From positions 124 to 64,123 of IMG/VR virus record IMGVR_UViG_3300021432_000002: DNA of 64,000 nt; one strand, 5' to 3'. Position numbers and translations under genes: made by a program. Shown piece by piece: positions 18,680-27,191 of this stretch (the stretch's first letter is position 1; each line of letters starts with the position of its first letter). A model generated the notes under the pieces. That model had not been told where the DNA came from. It did not search any database and worked only from the letters and a program-made list of their open reading frames with translations. The DNA is from a virus (Duplodnaviria > Caudoviricetes).

Positions 18680-19181
18680 GTTCGTAACCACAGCGGCGCT
18701 CGAATACGTCAACTGGCGGGACGGCTGGCGGTCGGAGGCGTACACTCGCGCTTATCTATGGGCGCGTCCGCTGGAACTGGCTATGGCGCTCAATCTCAGT
18801 CATCCCAAGGCGGTCGGGGGGATTATTGCCTTGCTATCAGCGTGGTGTGTGTATCTGACCGTTGGCACGGACCTGACCTTCAACGGTTCCATTGCTCTTG
18901 TGGAAGGATGCTTCTTCACGCTGGCCGGAGTATCTCTGGGATTTGAAGTCCCCTTTCGCGCGCAGAAGCTAATCTATGGACCGCTGGCCGTGATGTGGAT
19001 GCTGCTCGGCCTCTTCGACTATGGCTACGCGATGAACGAGAGCCTCCCCGCATGGGCCAGCCTAAATGAGTGGTGGCCGACGGCGCTCTGCGTGGTAGTA
19101 TTCGTCTGGATGGGATGGCGGTTCACGAAGGAGGATGGACATGGCCTACAAGGTAAATCCGTATGGCAACATTCGGGATAA
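18567..19181 (+). CDS. Polytopic (about 6-7 TM) membrane protein
   Basis: Successive hydrophobic segments along the whole length; start codon uncertain. Confidence 0.65.
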   Translation: MEHLNGRPILLLAALLWALILALRARLRGPLLLYLGAEFVTTAALEYVNWRDGWRSEAYTRAYLWARPLELAMALNLSHPKAVGGIIALLSAWCVYLTVGTDLTFNGSIALVEGCFFTLAGVSLGFEVPFRAQKLIYGPLAVMWMLLGLFDYGYAMNESLPAWASLNEWWPTALCVVVFVWMGWRFTKEDGHGLQGKSVWQHSG

Positions 19182-19440
19182 GACATACCCGAGCGAAATC
19201 GCCGCGCAGCGTCCCGCCTGCGCGACACGCATCCACTGTGCCGAGGATCCAAGTGATATGCAATCGGATTCGCTAACCGGACGGCGGGCGAAGTCCGAGG
19301 AGGAACTCGCTATGGAGCGTGAGGATCGTATCCGCATGGACGAGCGCGAGCCTTCCATCCGCGGCACCCGTGCGGACAATCGTTGCGAGGAGTTCAATCG
19401 GCAGTTGCGGGGAGGGCACTCTCAGGAGGAGCGGGACTGA
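19141..19440 (+). CDS. Hypothetical charged protein
   Basis: RBS GGAGGA; TGATG coupling to the next gene. Confidence 0.6.
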   Translation: MAYKVNPYGNIRDKTYPSEIAAQRPACATRIHCAEDPSDMQSDSLTGRRAKSEEELAMEREDRIRMDEREPSIRGTRADNRCEEFNRQLRGGHSQEERD

Positions 19441-19670
19441 TGGCGCTCGACGCAGGCGGACTAAAAAGTGCGGCAAGTGGTGCTCTCAAGGCTGGGGGTG
19501 GCGGTGCGGATTCCCTTGAGTACGATGTGTCCGACACGCAGCACAGGTTTAAGTCCTACCATCGTGGAGGCAAGGTCCGCAAGTCCGGTCCCGCGCGGTT
19601 GAAAAAGGGCGAGCGCGTTCTCACCAAGAAGCAGGCCCGGAAGTACGACAAGAAGCGCGGGAGCAAGTGA
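19440..19670 (+). CDS. Small basic protein (YHRGGKVRKSG...LKKGERVL...)
   Basis: Coupled start; Lys/Arg-rich C-terminal half. Confidence 0.65.
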   Translation: MALDAGGLKSAASGALKAGGGGADSLEYDVSDTQHRFKSYHRGGKVRKSGPARLKKGERVLTKKQARKYDKKRGSK

Positions 19671-19865
19671 GTGTACGTCGTCCCCATCGCCGCTCCGCAG
19701 CCTCCCGCCCTCCCGCTCGTCGGGGGCACCATCATCCTCCTGCCCAGCCCTCTCATCGCCATTCCGTATGACATTGGGCAGGAATTCCCCACGGACCCCT
19801 TGCGGCTCCTGATGGCTTGGTCGAGCGGGTATTGGCAGGTGACGGGCATTTACAACGGGAAGTGA
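19671..19865 (+). CDS. Hypothetical protein
   Basis: Fills the gap between neighbouring genes exactly. Confidence 0.5.
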   Translation: MYVVPIAAPQPPALPLVGGTIILLPSPLIAIPYDIGQEFPTDPLRLLMAWSSGYWQVTGIYNGK

Positions 19866-19866
19866 C

Positions 19867-21201
19867 ATGGCGGATATCTATAGTTACATTACCTACGCAA
19901 CGTTCCGTCAGGAATTGGCGAACCGCCTGTACGACCCGAACAAGACCTTCTGGAGCGACACGGAACTTCAGGCGATAACGAAGGAGTGCCTGAGAACCTG
20001 GAACGCCTTCACCTCCTTCTGGCGCGCCGATTTCACCTTCCCCTCCGCGCAGGGCGTCACCTACTACGACCTCACCGATACCTCGAACCTTCCGAACACT
20101 CTCCGTCCACTAACGCTCAGGGACGTGGACATCTACACGGATTGCCAGTTTGCCCTGCTCGAACCCGCTGTGGGCATTAATCCTTGGACGGGCGTGTCAT
20201 CTCAATTCTCCGCCGATGACCTGCTGAACGCGGTGTCGCGTCGGCGGGACGAAATCCTCTCGGTGACCGGCTGCACCACGACTCGCCGGCTGGTCGGCGC
20301 CGTCGCGGGGCGCATTCCCCTCGCGGATACGGTTATCGACGTGCGCCGCATGGCCTACCTGCCGGCCATCGGCTCTGCGTCAACAATGTGGCCGGAGGAC
20401 ACTTGGTCCGAACAGTCGTTCGCGTCGTCCTACCTCCAGAATCCTGCGGGAACTCCTTCCACCTACCTGCTGTCCACGCAGCCTCCCATCTCCTTTGATA
20501 CCGACCGTGCCCCCGGCGCGGCGGGACAGTATGAGTTGCTGACCGTCGAAGCCGGACCCGCACTCTCCGTCCCGACGCCCACTCCGCTCATCGTGCCCGA
20601 CGACTGGGCATGGCTCATTAAGTGGAGCGCGCTTGCGGACCTGCTGTCGCGCGAGTCGAACGCCCGCGACATCCCCCGCGCGACCTACGCGGAGCAGCGG
20701 TATCGCATGGGGCTGGCGCTACTCTCGAATGCCTCCGCCTTGCTCGCGTTGCGAATCGCCAACACCGTGATGCAGATTGATTCCATCCGCAACGCGGACC
20801 TATTCCGCCCCGGATGGCAGGCGGAATCGCAAAAGCAACCGGACACCGCTTACCACTCCGGCCTCAATCTCCTCGCCCTCGCCTCCGTTCCAGACGCAGG
20901 ACCATACTCCCTGACCGCGACGGTCGTCCAGAACGCTCCCATCCCCACGAACGACGCTGCAAACATCCAGATTGCGCGCGAGGATCTGGACGCCATCCTA
21001 GACCTCGCCGTCCACACGGCTTCGTTCAAGCAGGGCGGCTCGGCGCTCATGTCCACCATGCCCTTGTTCGAGAGGTTTATGAAAGTCGCGCAGGTCTACA
21101 ACGCGAAACTCTCGGAGACGGGCGAGTACACTTCCGTGCTCTACGCGCTGTCGCAGAAGCAGGAGCAGACCGCGCCGCGACTGGAGGCTCAAGCTGGGTG
21201 A
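19867..21201 (+). CDS. Tail adaptor/tubular-like virion protein
   Basis: R.EL..RL.DP...FWSDTEL N-terminus typical of adaptors; immediately upstream of the nozzle gene. Confidence 0.6.
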   Translation: MADIYSYITYATFRQELANRLYDPNKTFWSDTELQAITKECLRTWNAFTSFWRADFTFPSAQGVTYYDLTDTSNLPNTLRPLTLRDVDIYTDCQFALLEPAVGINPWTGVSSQFSADDLLNAVSRRRDEILSVTGCTTTRRLVGAVAGRIPLADTVIDVRRMAYLPAIGSASTMWPEDTWSEQSFASSYLQNPAGTPSTYLLSTQPPISFDTDRAPGAAGQYELLTVEAGPALSVPTPTPLIVPDDWAWLIKWSALADLLSRESNARDIPRATYAEQRYRMGLALLSNASALLALRIANTVMQIDSIRNADLFRPGWQAESQKQPDTAYHSGLNLLALASVPDAGPYSLTATVVQNAPIPTNDAANIQIAREDLDAILDLAVHTASFKQGGSALMSTMPLFERFMKVAQVYNAKLSETGEYTSVLYALSQKQEQTAPRLEAQAG

Positions 21202-24200
21202 TTTCACTAGAGAACGCAAGGGCGAGACGTTCGAGTTCCTCGGCATGAAGCTGAACAGCCGACCCGATACCCTTCCTCCGGGGAAGTATCCAATGGCCGT
21301 CAACGTGCGCTCCTACACGGGTTCGAGCGTCCGCACCCGCCCCGGCCTTACGCAGTATGGCTTCGTGACTGGAGTCTCTAACAAGTGGGCGACGGACATG
21401 CGCGCCTACGTGCAGCTCCTCAGCGACAACAAGCCGCGGCTGCTGACGCGCAACGCCGACGACACCATATGGCTTCCGGATAACGCATCGCAGGTAGGCG
21501 TTCTCGCTGGCGGCGGCGCGTCGCTCGGCGCGTCGATGATTCCCTTCCGCCCGAACCAGTCGCCGAACCCGTGGATGTACATCGCCAACGGCTCGGACTA
21601 CCAAAAGTTCTCCGCTCCGGCTACGGCTAGCGTGGTGACACAGCAAAAGGTTGGAATCGCGGAACCGCAATCAGCGCCGGATGCGGTCATTGACAACTAC
21701 CTTGCGGTAGGACAGTTCACGGCGGCGGTTAGCTGGATTGCGGGAGGCACGACGGCGGCGTCCGCCAACGGTGTACGCGTGGCCGATACCGCTGGCGTGG
21801 TGATTGTGGACCCCACGCCCGGATCGACCACATGCAGCATCCAAGTCGCCAACACCGCAGGCTATCAGCGGGGAATGTTCCTCATCATCAACAATGTGAC
21901 GCAGTTCCTCGTACAAGACGTGTTCCCCCCGTTCGCCGCCGCCTTCGCCATCTCTAGCCTCTACTACTTCTCCGGCACCGCGGGACATTGCGTGCTCGTT
22001 CCCGCAGGACTCGGCAGCGGACCTGGCAACGCCGACTCATCCATCTATCTCCAGAACTTTCTTTCCAGCGTGCGCCGCGGAGCGCTCATCAAAATAGGAA
22101 CCGAAGTATGCCTCGTCTGGAGCGTCGCCACGGGGCCGGACGGCACGGTAGCCATCGAAACGTCCACGGTCAACGCGCATGTGGCGGCGGATGGCATCAC
22201 AAGCGTTCCGGCGATTCAGGTTCGCGGCAACGGCGCGGCTCCGACCATTCCGGTCGTAGGGCAGAGTATATCGTCCTTAGATGTCACTTACGCGGTGACT
22301 GCGGGCATTGGAACGCAGACCGCGACGCTGGCCGCCAACCCCTTCCTGTTCGGCGGCTCGGTCCTGCAATTCGATGATTACATCTCCATCGGTATCCGCA
22401 CCGATGTCCCCACGAACCTGACGGAGATGAAGTTTCTCATCGACGTGGACGACGGCACGTTCACCAAGAACTTTTATTACTACACGGTCCGCGCCTCGGA
22501 CCTCGCGTCCGCCATAGCGAATGCCATCTCGCAAATCGCCGCCGCACAGACGGTCGCACAGCGCGCCATCGTGGACGAGGAAAACGCCATCGCGTCGGGG
22601 AATCAAGGCGTCACGTACTCCGGGGCGCAGGACGTGACCGGCGCGAATCAGTGGGCGCAGATTGTATTTTCCATCAACGAAATGACCCGTGTGGGGAACG
22701 ACCAGACGAAATCCCTCCAGACCGCGACGAAGATTCAATTCCTATGGAACGCCAACGGAAGCCTGAATGTGGCGCACGACCAAGCCTTCCTCGCGTTCGG
22801 CACGGGTCAGCCAGATGTCGGCGCGGTCGGCGCTCCTTACCTTTATCGCGTCCGTCCGCGTTCCAGCGTCACGGGCGTTCGCGGGAACCCATCTCCTCCG
22901 ACGCGGTACGGAGTGAATCCACGCCGCCAGCAGGTGCGGGTTTCGCTCCCGAGCGCGGCTTATGACCCGCAGATTGACACCTGGGACATCGAACGATATG
23001 GCGGGACTGTGACTTCATGGCGATTCGTTGGCTCTATTCCCACCACCCTCTCCACGTTCATAGACAATTTCAGCGATGAAGCCGTGGGCGCGGGGGAGGA
23101 ATTGGATTTCGACAACTTCGAGCCGTGGCCCTCCATTGACCTGCCCCTCGTCGCGGTAGCGAACAGCGTCACCGGAACGACGGCCTTGGTTGTCATCGCG
23201 GCTCCCATCGCCGCGCACGTCCTGAACTTCCTTCCTGGTAATCTGGTGAAAATCGGAGGGCAGAACGTTTACACGCTGTACAAGCGTCCCGTGCTTATCT
23301 CCGGCACCACTTACCGTTTTGAGTTCGTGGAGAACGCAGGCAGCGCGGTTGGCCCGGTCCTCATAAACATCTACGAGCCGGAGTTCGCCAATCAATCGCT
23401 TCCGTATATGTGGGGACCGGACGTTTCCGGCACGGTGTTCGCGGTCGGCGATCCGCTCCGCCCCGGGACGCTCTACTTCGCCAAGCCCAACAATCCGGAT
23501 TCTGCGCCGGACTCGTTCAATATCGAAATCACTCCGCCATCCGAGCCTCTGCTGGGGGGCGAGGTCATGGATGGCTTGTCCTTCGTCGGCTCAACGGAGC
23601 GCTGGTGGGCCTTGTATCCGCAGCCGGACAATCCAACTCAACGGTATAACTTCGTCCAGCAGCCGTTCCCGCGCGGAATCGCAGCACCGTTCGGGCATTG
23701 CAACGATGGACAATCGCTCTACTGGTGGGCCAAAGATGGCATCCAATCATCCTCCAAGGGTTCACTCACGGACGATGACCTCTATAATCTCTTCCCGCAT
23801 GAGGGCGTCGTTGGTCAGCAGGTGACTTATAACGGAACTATAGTTCAAGCACCTGATTATACGCGTGCCCCCACGTTCCGGCTATCATATTCCAATGGTT
23901 ACCTCTACGCGACTTATCAGGACTTGGGAGGTACATTCCGGCAGCTCACCCTCAATCTCCGGACAATGGCTTGGGTTGCGGACGTCTACCCGACCCAAGT
24001 GAGCAATATCTATCACGTCGAGCAGCAAGCGGAATCCTCCGCCGTGCTCAATCCTGTGACGCTCGTCGCTGGCCGTGCGGCTATCGGCGGAACGCAGGGA
24101 GCCATCTTCAAGCAGTCCGATTTGACGAACGACGGCACGACTCCCATTGCTTGCACACTCGCGGTACGTGAATTCGATGGCGGTGACGCCCGCGCCCCGA

Positions 24201-24823
24201 AGCAATGGGGCGATTTCTTCCTCGACCTCCTGCCTGCAGCGGTCGCAGGCGTCGTAGCCACGCCGATGTCGCTCGGCGCTCAGGTGGTTGCGCCCACGAC
24301 TATCCCGACTGGCGCCGCCCGCGCCCGCCTGCCCGTGAGCATGGGAGGCTCGCCTGTCGTCTCGGACTTCATGGGCCTCATGCTCCAGTGGACCGACGAC
24401 TTCACCACGCAGACCAAGCCGACGCAATTATTCCTGTGGCAGCCGAGCTACGACATCCAGCCGGCGCGGACTATCGGCTGGCTCACCTTCGGGACTTCTT
24501 TTGGATTAAAAGGATTCATGCACATCCCGCAAATATCAATCGCCTGGGTAAGCACGGCTCCCATCACGCTCACGATCACGACGGTCGATGGGCAGTCGCC
24601 GCAGGTCATTACCATCCCGTCGTCGGGGGGCGTCTACCAGAAGGCTCTGTTCCGAGTGAGCGCGAACAAGGGACAACTGTACGTGTTCGCGGCATCCTCG
24701 TCCGCGCCGTTTCAAATCTTCGAGGATGACATCGAGATTTTAGTGGGCCAGTGGGGGCGCGACGGCGACTATCTAATCGCCAAGAGTTTCGGAGGTTCCG
24801 CAAGTGCCCAAAGCCCAATCTGA
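21194..24823 (+). CDS. Tail nozzle/stabilisation protein (P22 gp10/T7 gp12-like position)
   Basis: About 1200 aa, beta-rich; RTRPG near the N-terminus and LYFAKP..PDS; between adaptor and ejection genes; probable CTG start at 21194 (first ATG at 21245). Confidence 0.6.
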   Translation: MGDFTRERKGETFEFLGMKLNSRPDTLPPGKYPMAVNVRSYTGSSVRTRPGLTQYGFVTGVSNKWATDMRAYVQLLSDNKPRLLTRNADDTIWLPDNASQVGVLAGGGASLGASMIPFRPNQSPNPWMYIANGSDYQKFSAPATASVVTQQKVGIAEPQSAPDAVIDNYLAVGQFTAAVSWIAGGTTAASANGVRVADTAGVVIVDPTPGSTTCSIQVANTAGYQRGMFLIINNVTQFLVQDVFPPFAAAFAISSLYYFSGTAGHCVLVPAGLGSGPGNADSSIYLQNFLSSVRRGALIKIGTEVCLVWSVATGPDGTVAIETSTVNAHVAADGITSVPAIQVRGNGAAPTIPVVGQSISSLDVTYAVTAGIGTQTATLAANPFLFGGSVLQFDDYISIGIRTDVPTNLTEMKFLIDVDDGTFTKNFYYYTVRASDLASAIANAISQIAAAQTVAQRAIVDEENAIASGNQGVTYSGAQDVTGANQWAQIVFSINEMTRVGNDQTKSLQTATKIQFLWNANGSLNVAHDQAFLAFGTGQPDVGAVGAPYLYRVRPRSSVTGVRGNPSPPTRYGVNPRRQQVRVSLPSAAYDPQIDTWDIERYGGTVTSWRFVGSIPTTLSTFIDNFSDEAVGAGEELDFDNFEPWPSIDLPLVAVANSVTGTTALVVIAAPIAAHVLNFLPGNLVKIGGQNVYTLYKRPVLISGTTYRFEFVENAGSAVGPVLINIYEPEFANQSLPYMWGPDVSGTVFAVGDPLRPGTLYFAKPNNPDSAPDSFNIEITPPSEPLLGGEVMDGLSFVGSTERWWALYPQPDNPTQRYNFVQQPFPRGIAAPFGHCNDGQSLYWWAKDGIQSSSKGSLTDDDLYNLFPHEGVVGQQVTYNGTIVQAPDYTRAPTFRLSYSNGYLYATYQDLGGTFRQLTLNLRTMAWVADVYPTQVSNIYHVEQQAESSAVLNPVTLVAGRAAIGGTQGAIFKQSDLTNDGTTPIACTLAVREFDGGDARAPKQWGDFFLDLLPAAVAGVVATPMSLGAQVVAPTTIPTGAARARLPVSMGGSPVVSDFMGLMLQWTDDFTTQTKPTQLFLWQPSYDIQPARTIGWLTFGTSFGLKGFMHIPQISIAWVSTAPITLTITTVDGQSPQVITIPSSGGVYQKALFRVSANKGQLYVFAASSSAPFQIFEDDIEILVGQWGRDGDYLIAKSFGGSASAQSPI

Positions 24824-25112
24824 CATCCAGCGTTGGTATCCTTCGCGCGAGCAGTTGAAAGACCCAGCTACACTGGAGAAATCGTTCCGGCAACTTCTCA
24901 CGCAGCACTACGACTTGCAGGACCGCTTCAATGAGTTGCACGCGAAGGTGAACGCTCCGACGCAGGGGAAGCCAAGCGGCCCGCCGCCAGGGAGCGGTCC
25001 CACGGACACACAGTTGTTGGGGCTGCGTGTGTCCCCGGTCGATACCGCGACGCTTGCGGACGGCGCGACCCTGAAGTACTCGAAAAAGAACGGGAACTTT
25101 TCATTCAGTTGA
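24804..25112 (+). CDS. Hypothetical tail protein (coiled coil plus LLGLRV...DGATLKY fibre-like motif)
   Basis: GTG start with GGAGG RBS. Confidence 0.6.
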   Translation: MPKAQSDIQRWYPSREQLKDPATLEKSFRQLLTQHYDLQDRFNELHAKVNAPTQGKPSGPPPGSGPTDTQLLGLRVSPVDTATLADGATLKYSKKNGNFSFS

Positions 25113-25126
25113 GGTAGACTCACGGC

Positions 25127-25666
25127 ATGAAGCAGCGCCTTCAAAACGTAACCATTATCCTGACGCTACTGCTCGGCGCGCTCGTACTGGCTATCCCTCT
25201 GCGCCCCCAGTCCGGTGTCGGCGGCGGAGCGCAATCCGGCGTGGGCGGCGGCATCCCAACCATCCTCGGAGCCATCACCTCCTACAATGGAATCACTACC
25301 TCCGGTCAAGGTATCCCGCCCATCGTCGCGTTCCAAGCCTCCACGCCCACGACGCCTGTTGGCTCGACGAACATCCTCGCGTCCGCCCCCGCAGGCGTCT
25401 ACCGCGTCAGCGTCTACTACGTCGTAACCACGGCGGGCACGGTCGGCACGTCCATCACCGTCAATCTCACCTACACCGACGCGCAGCAGGCCCAGACTAT
25501 TTCGACGCTCAACTCTTCCGGCCTGACGCTGGGACAGTTCGTAACCGGAGCCTTCGTCATCCAGCAGCAGGCCACGGGGAACATCTCTTACACGATTACC
25601 GAGGGTGGGGCGTTCACTGTTCATCCAGTGCTGGCGTTGAAGATTGTCTTGGAGAGATTGAGTTGA
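25127..25666 (+). CDS. Secreted beta-sandwich protein in the tail module
   Basis: Signal peptide MKQRLQNVTIILTLLLGALVLA; AGVYRVSVY strand. Confidence 0.7.
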   Translation: MKQRLQNVTIILTLLLGALVLAIPLRPQSGVGGGAQSGVGGGIPTILGAITSYNGITTSGQGIPPIVAFQASTPTTPVGSTNILASAPAGVYRVSVYYVVTTAGTVGTSITVNLTYTDAQQAQTISTLNSSGLTLGQFVTGAFVIQQQATGNISYTITEGGAFTVHPVLALKIVLERLS

Positions 25667-25797
25667 GAAAGCTCCTGTTCACCGATGTCAACGGAAATTA
25701 CGAACCGGGGAATTGCCGATGGACTACTGAGGTAATTCAGGCCAGAAATACGCGCGAGTTTATTGCCAAGCATGGCTTGGAGGCCGTCTATGGCTAA
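25663..25797 (+). pseudogene. Internally deleted HNH homing endonuclease remnant (44 aa)
   Basis: Translates MRKLLFTDVNGNYEPGNCRWTTEVIQARNTR...; carries only the C-terminal HNH motif; coupled to both neighbours. Confidence 0.75.
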
Positions 25798-26233
25798 TTC
25801 TGTATTCCGAGATAAGCAAGGACCAGATTTCCCGTTGGGACTCATCGTCGTCCCCACGCCCGGCACCCCCGCTGAACTCATGTCCCTTGTGGACGCGACG
25901 GATGCGAACGAGCCGGAGTCCGCGACCTCCACGACTTCCGACGAGTACACCATCCGGGCGCAGCAAATCATCTTCCAGGCGTACAAGGCTGGAGCCGCGC
26001 ATGGCCTTGTACCTAACACCGGGAATATCTACATCGTGCGGGAGGCAGGGACGGCTGGAGGCGGCTCCGCCAACCGTGACGACTACGGCGCTATCGTCGC
26101 GGTCCTGACGCCGGGGCAGACCTTCACGCTCGGTTCCGCCGCGCTGAACCGGAACGTCTACTCCCCTTATCGTTATCGCATCGACGCGGACAACGCAGGG
26201 GATTCCTGCAATGTGACGCTGATAATTCAATGA
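25790..26233 (+). CDS. Virion/tail protein
   Basis: RBS GGAGG; NTGNIYIV...G...LTPG motif seen in small phage tail proteins. Confidence 0.6.
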   Translation: MANSVFRDKQGPDFPLGLIVVPTPGTPAELMSLVDATDANEPESATSTTSDEYTIRAQQIIFQAYKAGAAHGLVPNTGNIYIVREAGTAGGGSANRDDYGAIVAVLTPGQTFTLGSAALNRNVYSPYRYRIDADNAGDSCNVTLIIQ

Positions 26234-26622
26234 GCGAAATCACCTATCGCTGGATTGACGGGCACTCCGCGACGCAGGAGGAGTGGGATGCCATTGACCT
26301 CAAGCTGGCGGCTCGCGGCTGGATGAGCCTGAACCGGGAATTGACGCGCATTCGGGTCGCGGAGCACGACGGGAAAATCGTCGCCATGTTCGTCCTCCAG
26401 CACATCCCGCACATCGAGCCGTTGCTGGTGGACCGGAGGTATCAAGGCACGGGAGTCACGGACCAGCTCATCAACGATATGCAGGATTTTCTAGCGGAAG
26501 TGAAGGCGCGGGGATTTATGGCCGTGTGCGAATCGCCCATCGCCAAGAAATTCTGTGAGGACCGTGGCATGGTGCAAGTTCCCCATCCGGTATATGTCTC
26601 GGTTCCGGAAGAGGTGAAGTGA
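26230..26622 (+). CDS. GNAT-fold acetyltransferase-like protein
   Basis: VAEHDGKIV...LLVDRRYQGTGV acetyl-CoA motif; usual podophage position before ejection proteins. Confidence 0.7.
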   Translation: MSEITYRWIDGHSATQEEWDAIDLKLAARGWMSLNRELTRIRVAEHDGKIVAMFVLQHIPHIEPLLVDRRYQGTGVTDQLINDMQDFLAEVKARGFMAVCESPIAKKFCEDRGMVQVPHPVYVSVPEEVK

Positions 26623-27191
26623 TGGGAGGCTTCCTCGGGATCGGCGGGAGCAGCGCAAAGACCGACCGCAAGACGCAACTCGGGGCGTTCGGGAAAATGG
26701 AGAACATTTTTAACTACGCCATCCCGCAGGGCGAGTCCCAGCAGGCGAAGGGCAACGAATCGCTCGACAAGGCGGGGGATTATTGGTCGAAGATATTGTC
26801 CGGCAACCGCGCCGCCGTGAGCGCCGCCGTCGCTCCAGAGACGAACGCCGTCCGTTCCGGCGCGGACGCACGGAAGCGCCAGCTCGCTACGTCGGGGACC
26901 GCGCGTGGCGGCGGGACGAGCGCGACCAGCCAGACGCTTGACACCGAGACGCAAGCGAAAACGGATAACGCGATATTCGCGGCGAGGCCGGAGGCCGCCA
27001 AGGAAACCGCGAGCATTGGCAAGACGCAGTTGGAGGACGCTGCGCGATTACTTGGGTTAGGAAGTGAAACCGCGACCAACCTCGCGGACATCTCCGGCAA
27101 GGCCAGGGTGAACGATTATAAAATCAATCAGGACATGGTGGGCAAGGTGTCGAGCGCGATTGACAACGCCCTGACCGCCATCTTTGCGTGA
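26622..27191 (+). CDS. Internal virion/ejection protein (small)
   Basis: MGGFLGIGGSS N-terminus; Ala/Gln-rich helical sequence. Confidence 0.6.
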   Translation: MGGFLGIGGSSAKTDRKTQLGAFGKMENIFNYAIPQGESQQAKGNESLDKAGDYWSKILSGNRAAVSAAVAPETNAVRSGADARKRQLATSGTARGGGTSATSQTLDTETQAKTDNAIFAARPEAAKETASIGKTQLEDAARLLGLGSETATNLADISGKARVNDYKINQDMVGKVSSAIDNALTAIFA

